From positions 2,999,693 to 3,063,692 of the forward strand of contig NC_068992.1 in NCBI RefSeq assembly GCF_001194135.2: 64,000 bases of DNA. Direction: 5' to 3'. The stretch comes from Octopus bimaculoides. Lineage: Eukaryota. The notes beneath the pieces were generated by a model that did not search any database, had not been told where the DNA came from, and was given only the letters and a program-made list of their open reading frames with translations. Both the position numbers and the translations under genes were made by a program. Position 1 is the stretch's first letter. Every line of letters starts with the position of its first letter. Below, piece by piece: positions 39,580-51,730 of this stretch.

Positions 39580-39750
39580 TATCTACACATATGTATATAT
39601 GTATATATACACGTATATATATATATGTATATATACATACACATATGTATGTATATATACATACACATATGTATATACACATATGTGTATGTATATATAC
39701 ATACACATATGTATATACACATATGTATGTATATATATGCACATATGTAT
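39376..39750. repeat. Compound (TA)/(CA)/(TG) microsatellite
   Basis: Read directly; includes a 10-N gap. Confidence 0.95.
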
Positions 39751-39751
39751 G

Positions 39752-40925
39752 TAGTTTATCCCTGGAACTTTCCAGGAATCCGGATTTTTCCAAGAAATTC
39801 TTGGAAATTTCCAGGGATCCTCGGATGTTTCCAGGAAGTAGCTCATCCACGGATATTTCCAGGAAGTAGCTTATAATCCTAGGAACTTTCCAGGAAGTAG
39901 CTCATCCACGCATATTTCCATCAAGTAGCTTATAATCCTCGGAACTTTCCAGGAAGTAGCTCAACCTCGGACATTTCCCGGTAAACCTTGGAACTTTCCA
40001 GGAAGTACCATGTTTGGAATTTCTAGGAAGCGGCTTATCCACGGAACTGTCCGTGGGAACCTCGGAACTTTCCATGACATCCAGCAAATCCTCAGATTTT
40101 TCCAGGGAATCCTCGGAATTTTCAAAGACGTAGCTTATCCTTGGATATTTCCAGGAAATCATCGGAACTTTCCCTGAAGCACCATCCTCTAAACTTTCCA
40201 GGAAGTAGCTCGACCTCGGATGTTTCCTGTATATATATATATTACTATATAAAGTGTATTGCCACTTAACTGTGGCTGACCCCTCGGGGTGGATGTTACT
40301 GTTGCTTTAGCCCCAGGAGGACATCTCCTCCAGCTGGCTTATCGACACACTACTGTGTCCTGTTTATTTTGCCAAGCGAAGTTATCCCTCTCATCGTGAC
40401 GATCACGATGAGAGGGATAACTTTCCTTGTCAAAACAAACAGGACACAGTAGTGTGTCGATAAGCCAGCTGGAGGAGATGTCCTCCTGGGGCTAAAGCAA
40501 CAGTAACATCCACCCCGAGGGGTCAGCCACTTCACTTTATCGTGCAGTTACTGTTAATACTTAATCTAGAGAATTAACATTGCTTATATATATATATATA
40601 TATAAGGAAATATATACATAGAAAATAAATATATAAACAAATAAACATAAATATATATATATAAACATATAAATATATATATAAATAAATATAGAGAGAG
40701 AGGGAAATAAATATATATAAATATATATATATATATAAATGTTTCCTGGTAATCCTTGGAACTTTCTAGGAAACCCTCGGAACTTTCCCGGAAGTACCAT
40801 GCTCGGAATTTCTAGAAAGTGGCTTGTCCTCGGAAATTTCCATGAAACTCTCGGAACTTTCGAGGAAGTCCTTGGAATTTTTCTGGAAGTACCATCCTGG
40901 AAATTTCCTGGAAGTTGCTCACGAA
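39752..40925. repeat. Degenerate satellite of CCTCGGAACTTTCCAGGAAGTAGCT-like units, split by an insertion at 40230-40738
   Basis: Blocks at 39752-40229 and 40739-40925. Variable 20-31 bp units. Confidence 0.85.
40230..40738 (-). mobile_element. Retroposon-like insertion containing a 259-bp palindrome
   Basis: 10-bp TSD ATGTTTCCTG at 40220-40229 and 40739-40748. Arms 40272-40399 and 40403-40530 are 124/128 identical. Confidence 0.8.
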
Positions 40926-41443
40926 GTGATTAGTTTGTTCTACTGAAATACAGATAGTTATAAAGTGATTTGCCTTGAGAAGAAAGAAAAGGAATCTATC
41001 ATTTCAGATAGAAAACTCTTTCAGGGGATATTGTTTCTCTGATGATAAACTTTACTGATGGTGATTGTGTGAACTGATATTGGCCTGTGAATTGAAATAC
41101 TCTAGGTATGATTTTGAAGAATGCTTGGGGATTTTGAAGAATGCTTGGGTATTATTGAAAATAATGCCTCTTGAAGTAATCATTGAGATGAAAGCTATGT
41201 ATAGAAAATGGTGGTGTTTTCAAGTTAGAAGTGAAAGTGATCAGTGACTTGGAATTGGGTGGGATCCTATTATGAATGTACAACCTTAGATAAAGAGGAA
41301 ATTGCTGGGTGGAAGGAAGATTTTAATCTTGTGCAGGTTTTTGTCACTATTTAAAAAGAGAAGGAAGCATTGGGAAGGGTCAAAGTAGTAACCAGGAGTT
41401 TTCTTCAACTCTGTTCTTTACCAAAGTGCAGATATTTATTCGT

Positions 41444-41845
41444 ACACAATGTTTCAGCTGATATACCCTCCAGCCTCCATCAGGTGTCTTGGGGAAATTT
41501 CGAACCTGAGTTCTCATTCTTAAGGTATTTTTCGATATTATTATTATTATCATTATTATGGTCACTGCCTGGAATTGAACTCAGAATCTTGGGGTTAGTA
41601 GCCCGTGCTCTTAACCCCAAGATTCCGAGTTTGATTACAGACAGTGACCTGAATAATAATAGTAATAATAACAACAACATGGAAAAATACCTTAGGAATG
41701 AGAACTCAGTGTTCCCCCAAAACACCTGATGAAGGCTAGAGGGTACATCAGTTGAAATGTTGCGTTAACAACAAACAAGATGAGGACAAATATTTGTCAC
41801 ATGTAAATAATGTACATAATTCCTCATTTCTTAAATATAGAACTG
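41444..41845. mobile_element. Palindromic hammerhead-bearing SINE-like element, copy C
   Basis: Left arm ~41444-41597, right arm ~41612-41845. Both hammerheads are degenerate. No TSD seen. Confidence 0.9.
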
Positions 41846-42724
41846 AAATAGATATATGTTCCAGGATTGATATTGCTAATGATGTAACTATGATAGAAGT
41901 GGTACAAGCAATTTATTGACTTAAAGAATATATTTTGGCATCAATTAAAAAAAAGAAAATAACCTACCAGAAGCAAAATATTTGCACATTATACTGGAAA
42001 TGCTTTCAGAACTTTATAAAAGAAAGAATCAATTGACATGACCATTGTTTCTGGAGGTATTTATCCAGCTCTCTCTTGTAAAGAGATGATTTATGAAGTT
42101 TTATAAGTATGTTGTTGTTTTATTTCATTACAAAAAACAAACAGGTACATTTTTTTCTCATACTACTTAACGATACTCACTTTTTTCAGTTGTGTGGGTG
42201 GAATATGTTTTTCAAGTTTGGATATTTGCTATTACAGGAATTTGCATTTAGCTCTAGGTTTAATGAAGTTCAACTGAACCAAAAATCTGCTATAAGATGG
42301 ACATGTCCTAAGAAGAAGCTCAACAGCCTTACAGCAGTTCCATAACAATTCACAACCATTCTTTTGATTTGTTTAAATATTACATTTTTGTTTTTGTGAG
42401 ATTCCTTATGTGAAATCGTATGTTCAAACAGATATTGTTATATTTCAGAATGGTCTTTTTTTTTTTTTGCCAAAACGGAGGATGGAGGCTGAAGAAATTG
42501 CGGGATGTGTGACAAAAGACTTCCAAACAAAAGACATAAAATGAGAACAATAATAAGCCTGGAGCGAAGAATAAATATATAGTGCATGTGTTTATTTTGA
42601 AAAAAAATGACCATCCTAAAATATAAAATAAATATTTACGATGATGATGATAATGACTTATGTTTAATAAATTAATTGAAATAATGCTGCAAATTCTTTA
42701 ATATTTTTCTTCCTTTCTTTGCAG

Positions 42725-42852
42725 GTCATAAAAACCACAATGACAAACGTAGTGAAGAAAGTAATTTTTCACCACAACTACTCCCATTCAGCCTATTTTG
42801 TGTCTTGTTAACCCAAGTGATATGTTGGGGTCTCATCAAATTTATATCCTGA
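42725..42852 (+). CDS. Candidate terminal coding exon with a hydrophobic C-terminus (GPI-signal or tail-anchor-like)
   Basis: Very strong acceptor (ttctttaatatttttcttcctttctttgcag|G). The phase-1 frame reads (G)HKNHNDKRSEESNFSPQLLPFSLFCVLLTQVICWGLIKFIS*, followed by repeat-poor AT-rich sequence with AATAAA motifs. Confidence 0.45.
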
Positions 42853-45800
42853 CCATGAAGCTTACGGGAAAGATGAACAGAATGGAGAGGAAGGATAGAT
42901 GGGAATACAGACTTAAAAATAAAGAAAAACACACCAGTTTATAAGATTTATAAACAGCCTAAAAAAAGTCAGAAGCAACAGCAGATTTTGAGAGTATTTT
43001 GCACACACAGATGGCTGCCAAACCGAAGAACATCTTTTATATTGGAACTTATATATACTTTCACACATACTTACAAATGCATGCATACATACTCATAGGC
43101 TGAATATAAACATGTATGTGTGCATTAATAAGATTTTTTTTGCATAAATCCTAACAAATATGTTAAGATTTACATACATATATGTATGTTTATATATGCA
43201 TACATATGTATGCGTGTGTGTGTGTGTGTGGTCCTTGCAGTAGAAAATGGTGAGCTCTTAGCATAAGTTTAGCAAACTGTAATACCCAGATTCATCAAGA
43301 GAACAACACTGAATGACATTTCACAGCTGTTGCTATTACCATCCACTGAAGCATCCTGTAACTAAATGTCGATTGCTGCATAGAGCACACCGGTCTGTCT
43401 CATCACTATCAGTCCTCCTATGCCCTTTGACCTGATTTGCTTTTTTTTTTTTTTTCATTTTGATTTATTATATTTAGCAAACTAGTTTAAACTGTGTCAT
43501 CATCCCCACAGAAAAATTTTATATAATCCTTTCTTCTCTCTCTCTCTCTCACACACAATTACTACTAAATGAAATTCAATGTTATTGCTGGAGATTTTTC
43601 TGTTATATGGTATTGATATGCAATAATTACAGCAACATTGTCATTATTAGTAGCAAGCTAGGTAAGAACCATATACATAACTATTTAACTATGTTCTGTT
43701 ATGAAAGATTGCTGATTTTTATTCGACTTCTCTAAAAGAATTAAACAGAAATTACTGAATCTGGTTGTGGATTGCCCCTTTCCCCTTAATAAATAATTAA
43801 AAATAAGAAAACAGGTCACAAAATCACTTCTCTCTATCTAAGTGGAGTTTCATGACGATGGGTGTTAAACCGTTCAGTTGTTAGAAATAGCCACTAAAGG
43901 AATGCCACCACCATCATTTTATATAAGTTTCTTCATTATCATTATGAGAACAAACTCTTTCTGAAGGTATTAAAGGATTATAAATTATAAGTTTCATAAC
44001 ACAAATGTCTTGAATGAACTTAATATATTTGAGCTTTAACAAGATTTATTACAAAGTTAAACTGAATTTGCTTTGCAAGTTGCAAACAGAAATCTTAAAA
44101 CTTCTATAAAGTAAATAATGTGTGTATCGATGAACGATATTAAGATAGTATTCATCATAATGACAGTTTAAGATAATATTCATAATAATGACAATATTAA
44201 TATCTGTCATCATAATTCATCAGATTTTGCTTGGATTTTGAATGAAGGCAGAAAAATATATATATATATTAAAGAAATTCATTAATATTTACATGAGAAG
44301 TTTAAGAAAGCAATTTGAAAATACTGAGAAATTTATGAATTTATTTCTCTGAATTCTAATATTTGCAAACATGGAAACAAGCTGGACCAACACTAAACAC
44401 TCACATCTGCTAGAGTCCAGACTTGTGTGTATGTATGTATATATATACATGTCACTTTATTTATTCTAGCATTTTAAGTTTTGCTTTTAATTATTAATGT
44501 TTTGTTTTATGGCCTTACATATTTACAAGCAAAAGAAGAAATCATTTTCCCACCTCTTTGAAACATCATTTTTATTAAAGCTAACATACTCCAACCTGAA
44601 CCCCCCCCCCCCCCNNNNNNNNNNNNNNNNNNNNNNNNNNNNNNNNNNNCCACCTACTATCTTTATCATGAAAAAATGTCAAATTGGATATTTGAGGGTC
44701 TGCCTTATTAGCAATGCAAGTGAATTAGACAAGGTTAAAGATGGAGCAGAGAGAAAGGTAAGAGGTGAAAGAAGACAGTGTTGAAAAGATACACAAATCT
44801 ATTGAACTGAGAGGACGAGGTGGAGGAGGAGGATAAGGAGGAGTACACGAATGGAAAAGGAGTTGGGTTTTACTATTCTTAATTTTTTTTTTTTTTTTTT
44901 TTTTAATAATCATTATTTAGGACCAATCTTGGATAACACAATACCAAATTATTGAAGTGCTTTGCACTCGAAAACATTGGCAAACCTGAAGTAGGCTGTG
45001 GAAAGTTTGGGCCCCGAGTGTGCATTGAGAAATCTCCTGAGCAAAGAAACAACAGAGATTGATAACTTTGTTTTTTTTTTTTAGTTGAATGGAGCTTTCT
45101 GAGGGGAAGGGAGGTCTATCTAAGAATTGGAAATTTTTTCTGTGTTCTTGTATAAAATACATTTATTTTATTCCATTTTTTTGTTTGAAGTATTAAAAAA
45201 AAAAAACATTAAAAAAAATATAAATTTGAAGGAAAAATTGATTTCATCACTGGCNNNNNNNNNNNNNNNNNNNNNNNNNNNNNNNNNNNNNNNNNNNNNN
45301 NNNNNNNNNNNNNNNNNNNNNNNNNNNNNNNNNNNNNNNNNNNNNNNNNNNNNNNNNNNNNNNNNNNNNNNNNNNNNNNNNNNNNNNNNNNNNNNNNNNN
45401 NNNNNNNNNNNNNNNNNNNNNNNNNNNNNNNNNNNNNNNNNNNNNNNNNNNNNNNNNNNNNNNNNNNNNNNNNNNNNNNNNNNNNNNNNNNNNNNNNNNN
45501 NNNNNNNNNNNNNNNNNNNNNNNNNNNNNNNNNNNNNNNNNNNNNNNNNNNNNNNNNNNNNNNNNNNNNNNNNNNNNNNNNNNNNNNNNNNNNNNNNNNN
45601 NNNNNNNNNNNNNNNNNNNNNNNNNNNNNNNNNNNNNNNNNNNNNNNNNNNNNNNNNNNNNNNNNNNNNNNNNNNNNNNNNTAACTGGAAGCAAACTTGA
45701 TACTAAAATTGTCAACATACTTTCTGCATCAGAAGAACAACAATTAAAACAAGAATATTGAGGAGAAAATGGAAGCCATCATTTTTAATAAATAGAAAAA

Positions 45801-47685
45801 ATTGAAGGAATTAATAGATTTCTGTTTAAAAAAATAAAATCCAGAAACAAAATATTTGACAAGCAAAAAGGAAACTATTTCTCAGGTTAGCTTTTGGAAC
45901 ATATTTCAGAAAAAAGCAAAAATGCTGGTAAAATTGACTCCAAATTTGTTGTGGCATGGACTGGTGCTTACTGTCAACACAATCAACAATCTATTGTCTG
46001 GTGAATTGAAGACAAAGATTCTAGCATTCAGGAACTGATCATTGTGTTTAAAGTGGAACTAACACTAACAACGCAATCACAAAGAATAAAGTATAACAAT
46101 AGAAATAATCACAAATATTTTGAGTAAAAAAATGTTATTAACTATGGTAGAGTCCGAACAAAAGTAAATAAATCCATCAAAATGTAACAAAAGATTTTTT
46201 TTTCATTTGGATTAGATTTCTTAATATAACAAAGACCATATCAAACTGTTGGCATTAGATTTCCAGTTTGAAACTAAAATTTAAGAGGCTTCTTTTTTAT
46301 TTCTTTAAATTTATTTAAAAGAAAATGTTTCCCAGTCCTTTCAAAAATTTTTATATATGTATAAAATATATATATAAAGAAAAAACTGAAAGTATATAAA
46401 AAGAACAAGGATATACGCCTTATGTTAAATATACAAAAAAAAAACAAGGATATGAAGCTGCAAATAAACATACATACAAACACATATATAAATCTATCTA
46501 TATATATATATGTTTGTGTGTATATATATATATATATATTTATATATATTTATATATATATATATGTATGTGTATATATATATGTGTATGTATATATATA
46601 TACACAATAAGTAGGAAGTGTTTGATAGTGAGACAGAATAAGTGAGAAATGTTTAATGGCTGGATCAAAGCATTCAAATAGGAAACTGAAAATAACCTAC
46701 TATTTAGCTATGTTAATTCTATAACTGTTTAGCTAAGAAAACACTTTCACCAACCAAATCAAATGGATTAGTAACTACTGCCAGACAAATGACAAAATAA
46801 ACCACATAAAACAAATGTGTTCAGGTAGATCAAAGTAAATTAGTTTAAGGGGCATTTAGCCGTAGACGAACAGACAAGTTATATAAAGACTTGTTTTGAT
46901 GCTGGTTTGTTGTTTGTTTCATTATTTTATCTTTAATTTTTCATTTACTCTCACTCTCTTACGGCTCTATTTCATTGTAACATACCTGTTGTTTGATAGC
47001 TGCTGCAACAGACAGCATCAAATGCCTGGCCTATAAAATGTTGATTAATAAACCAGCTTCCTCGTATAAATAAATAACAAATCTATTCTATCCATGGCTG
47101 GACATATAATTTTATGACAAAGCATATAGAAGGAAAAGTTGGAAAAATAAAAAAAAATGGCAACAAAATAATCGTTAATTGAAAGAAATGAGAAATTATC
47201 ACAATTTTCGTGGTTTAATTCTCATTTGTTTCGGTTCAATAAATTTGATTTGCTACAGATTCAAACAGAACCTTTAAAGATATCAGGTTGGTTCTCATTA
47301 ATTGGGTTCTTTTTTTTTTTTTCTTTTTTTTTTTCTTTTTTGTAAATCTGTGTTTGTGCATGCTTTGAAATATACATAGGCATATATATATATATATATA
47401 TATATATGCAAATATATGTTTATATATATGTATATACATATACAAATATATAAACGTATGTATAAATACATATATACAAATATATATAATCATACATATG
47501 TGTGTGTATATATATATATATGTATAGGCATACTTACATGTATATACACATACATGTATGGATATACATACACACACACACACATTATATATATATATGG
47601 TATTTAAACCTACAAGATTAGATTACTGCACTATGTTTGCATTGAGTACTCCTCGGTTGTTTTCCAACATAGTGTGAAAATGTGA

Positions 47686-47730
<45 letters not shown>

Positions 47731-47990
47731 CACACATACATACATACATATATATTTATATGTATAGGGATTGCTGGACATTTGCATTCACAAATGGGAA
47801 AAAGTATTGAATAAATAAGGTGTTGTGTTTGTATTTTATTAGAATCTGAAGCTTCTTGGATTGTAGCTCTGAGTTTACACTGTTCTGATTCTGTAAACTA
47901 TTTGAACAATTGTCAATGTGAAACTCAGGATTCAAAAACTTGTATCAGTATCTAATAATAATATATACAAATATATAATGTACGTATGTG

Positions 47991-48022
<32 letters not shown>

Positions 48023-49602
48023 TGTATGTGTGTGTAAAGATTGTGTGTATGTGTGCGTGAAACATATTTTAGAATTTCTTCTCAGCCTGACTCAGAATAA
48101 GGCAATAAGAAGCAAATTCCAAATACTTGATGTTATGTATCCTCACAGGAAATTTTATGTTGACAATTTTACTGTTAAATGCTGTTATCAACTGTTTTTG
48201 ATGATTGAAAAAAAAAAAAACTTAGAAGCAAGAGAGAACAATAGCTTAATAGAAAATATATTTGTACTAAAGCTATCGACTCTTTTGATTATGATTATTA
48301 TTATTGTTATCAAACTTCATTAAACTTGGAAAAGAAAAATCAAAAGGAGAAAATATATAAGGAGGGAGGGATGACGGAGATAAAATTATTTTAACCAAAG
48401 CCCTTTAAAACAAACAAAAAAGTAGAATTTGGGGCCGTTGTTTTAATTTAATAAACAGTGAAAAGGAAAAGATTGAATGGCCCTTTCATTTTTCTGTGGC
48501 TTATTAACAGAAAATACTGGTGTGGCCCTTGTTCAATCCTAGTGGAATTACAAAAATGGATTTTGTGTTTAGATATCCATGGACTCATTTATTGATTTAT
48601 TTTGGCTTAGAGACATAGCCCCCCTCCCCAACACACACAGGATGAAAATATTATGAAGAATTGTGTGTATGTGTGCTTTGTTCAAACAAATGAATTATTT
48701 GAAAATTTACTGAAAAAATTTCTCAAACAAAATAAAAGGAAAAAAATCAACTGTGCACAAATCATTTCAAATTCATATCTTTATATTTCTACATGTGTCT
48801 ACCTGATTAACGACATGAAGACATTTAGCTATTTTATTTTGAAGATATTTGAAAGGAAAGTTCGAAGTATGGCTTTTTTTTAAATGTTATTTCTTATGAT
48901 ACATGAGGTATGGCTAAGAGAAATAAAAATTGTTTGTTAATAAATATTTCAGTTTAAAAAGAGAATCAAATATAAATATGTCATCAGTTTTAAAAAATTT
49001 AGAAATAAAAGCAATTATCATATCTCTCTCTCTCTCTTCCCAACTGAATCTTTTGTACCTAATTTTCCTGGTATGTTGGTTTGTTTGAACAGAAACAGTA
49101 AAACAGATATAATAAAATCAGCAGAGCTTAAATCTCTTGCTGAGATATATTTTAAAGTAGAAATGGGAGCCAATTCAAGCCATTAATTACTTCACTACTA
49201 TCACTGATGACATTTCAAAGGCAATCAGTAAGACAACAGATCTGTCAAGATCTGTGATCCTGTGGCTAGAAAACAATTTCTTAAAATTAGAAGAATTCAA
49301 AGAAATCACACAGAATTTACAATGGTTTCTTACATGCTTCAAATACAGTAAAAATAAGTCTTGAAATATATCTTTCCAAAACTAATGTGGTTCTGGTTTA
49401 CCAATGTACATAATCTTGCATTTAAGTTCAAAAATTACCTGAGTGATTCTTTTATTATTTAACATATTTAGAAGAAATTCTATTTTTCTGAAACAACAAT
49501 AAATGAATATATATATAATGTGTGTGTGTATATATGCGTGAGCATATAGGCACAAATTTCTATAAATATATACACACAGCTGAATATATACATATATATG
49601 AA

Positions 49603-49645
<43 letters not shown>

Positions 49646-50388
49646 NNNNNNNNNNNNNNNNNNNNNNNNNNNNNNNNNNNNNNNNNNNNNNNNNNNNNNN
49701 NNNNNNNNNNNNNNNNNNNNNNNNNNNNNNNNNNNNNNNNNNNNNNNNNNNNNNNNNNNNNNNNNNNNNNNNNNNNNNNNNNNNNNNNNNNNNNNNNNNN
49801 NNNNNNNNNNNNNNNNNNNNNNNNNNNNNNNNNNNNNNNNNNNNNNNNNNNNNNNNNNNNNNNNNNNNNNNNNNNNNNNNNNNNNNNNNNNNNNNNNNNN
49901 NNNNNNNNNNNNNNNNNNNNNNNNNNNNNNNNNNNNNNNNNNNNNNNNNNNNNNNNNNNNNNNNNNNNNNNNNNNNNNNNNNNNNNNNNNNNNNNNNNNN
50001 NNNNNNNNNNNNNNNNNNNNNNNNNNNNNNNNNNNNNNNNNNNNNNNNNNNNNNNNNNNNNNNNNNNNNNNNNNNNNNNNNNNNNNNNNNNNNNNNNNNN
50101 NNNNNNNNNNNNNNNNNNNNNNNNNNNNNNNNNNNNNNNNNNNNNNNNNNNNNNNNNNNNNNNNNNNNNNNNNNNNNNNGATATTTGTGCATGTGTGTAT
50201 GTCTGCTTCAGTATTTGCATATATCGGTATATATTCATAAATTTATGTCAATAGATATATTTATGCCTATGAATGTATACAGATATATATATATATATGT
50301 GTGTGTGTGTACATATATTTCTACATGCGTATATATATATGTGTGTTATATATTTGTGTATATGTATATATGTATATATATATATATA

Positions 50389-50463
<75 letters not shown>

Positions 50464-51551
50464 GTGTATGTAAAGTACATGCATTTATCAACGCATACAT
50501 TCATATACATATATTCATAGGCCTGAATTTATATATATATATATATGCACACATGCTGAGAAACATGCACACACACAGGTATATACGTATTGATGCATGC
50601 ATATATATATACATATATATATTTACACATACACACACACATATATATACATAAATATATATATAAATATACACACACAGAGGTGCATACATATAGGAAT
50701 GAATTTGCTCTTATATCAGTTTTGTATGCTTAATATTGTTGATATATATGTGTGTGTAGTTACATGCATGTATGCATATATATATATATATATATATACA
50801 TGCACACACATGCACGTGTATGCACATATAGAGTATATTGATAAAGATATACACATGCACATTCATAGATATACCCATGTGTCGTTAATAGAATACATAA
50901 AAAAACTGTTATGAGACTCAATTTGTTCTTTTCTGTTTTTTTTCTGTTCACATTGGATATCTAGCTGTGTGCATTGTACAGATATAACATTTTATGATTA
51001 TTATGATGCATAAAAAAAATGAAACAAAATAACAATATTTGTATGAAAACAAAGGAAAAATTACTCCATTATATAATTCATACATGAAATAAAATTTGGT
51101 AAAATATTAAATTTCAATTCTCTTTTTTTTTTCTGTCCCTAATGAACAATTAAGTAAATTGTCAAGGAGTGTTTGTACAACTTTTGAAACCTTCCATGTG
51201 ATAAATATCATTATTTACTTGAACTAACATCCTCCTGCTAAGTCTCATAACCACTTCATATGTTGTTATTGCTTCAATTCTCATCGACTGATATATTGTT
51301 TACAGTTCTTAATTTCTGTCTATTTTTGTTTTTATCTTCGTAAAACATATGTAGCCTTGGGTGTATATTGCAATATGATATACACTTTTAAATCTGTTAT
51401 AATTACATGTGACACACATACACACATTTTCATATATATATATATATATATATATGTGGTGAGAGAGAGAAAGAGAGTTGGAGAAAGTTATATAATATAT
51501 AGTAATATATATCTACATATATATTTTTCTTTGTATATCTGTGTGTGTGTT

Positions 51552-51589
<38 letters not shown>

Positions 51590-51590
<1 letters not shown>

Positions 51591-51730
51591 CATGCCTCCC
51601 ACGATTTCCACCTCTCAAATTTCACTCAAACATTATTGGTCAGAATGAGACTATCATCAAAGGCACTCACTGCTCTCTTGAATTAAATCATGACCCACAT
51701 GGCCACAAAGCAAGCTCCTTCATCCAACAG
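51590..51730 (-). mobile_element. Degenerate tRNA-derived SINE
   Basis: Diverged reverse-complement match to 4148-4310. Confidence 0.55.

Larger units (their letters stand above)
2705..50179. other. Seven assembly gaps: 2705-2772, 17737-18088, 38336-38681, 39444-39453, 44615-44649, 45255-45681, ~49646-50179
   Basis: N runs, mostly next to repeats or microsatellites. Confidence 0.95.

Noticed and set aside
40400-40445. Hammerhead-like text CGATGA-GAGGGATAACTTTCCTTGTC-AAAAC in the second palindrome
   Set aside because: It lacks CUGA, G12 and a positioned NUH site, so I could not build a valid fold.
46985-47030. Hairpin tttgat-agctgctgcaacagacagc-atcaaa as a possible miRNA
   Set aside because: The stem is too short and interrupted for a pre-miRNA.
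48585-48605. Pbx-Hox-like TGATTTAT site
   Set aside because: It is expected by chance in such AT-rich DNA.
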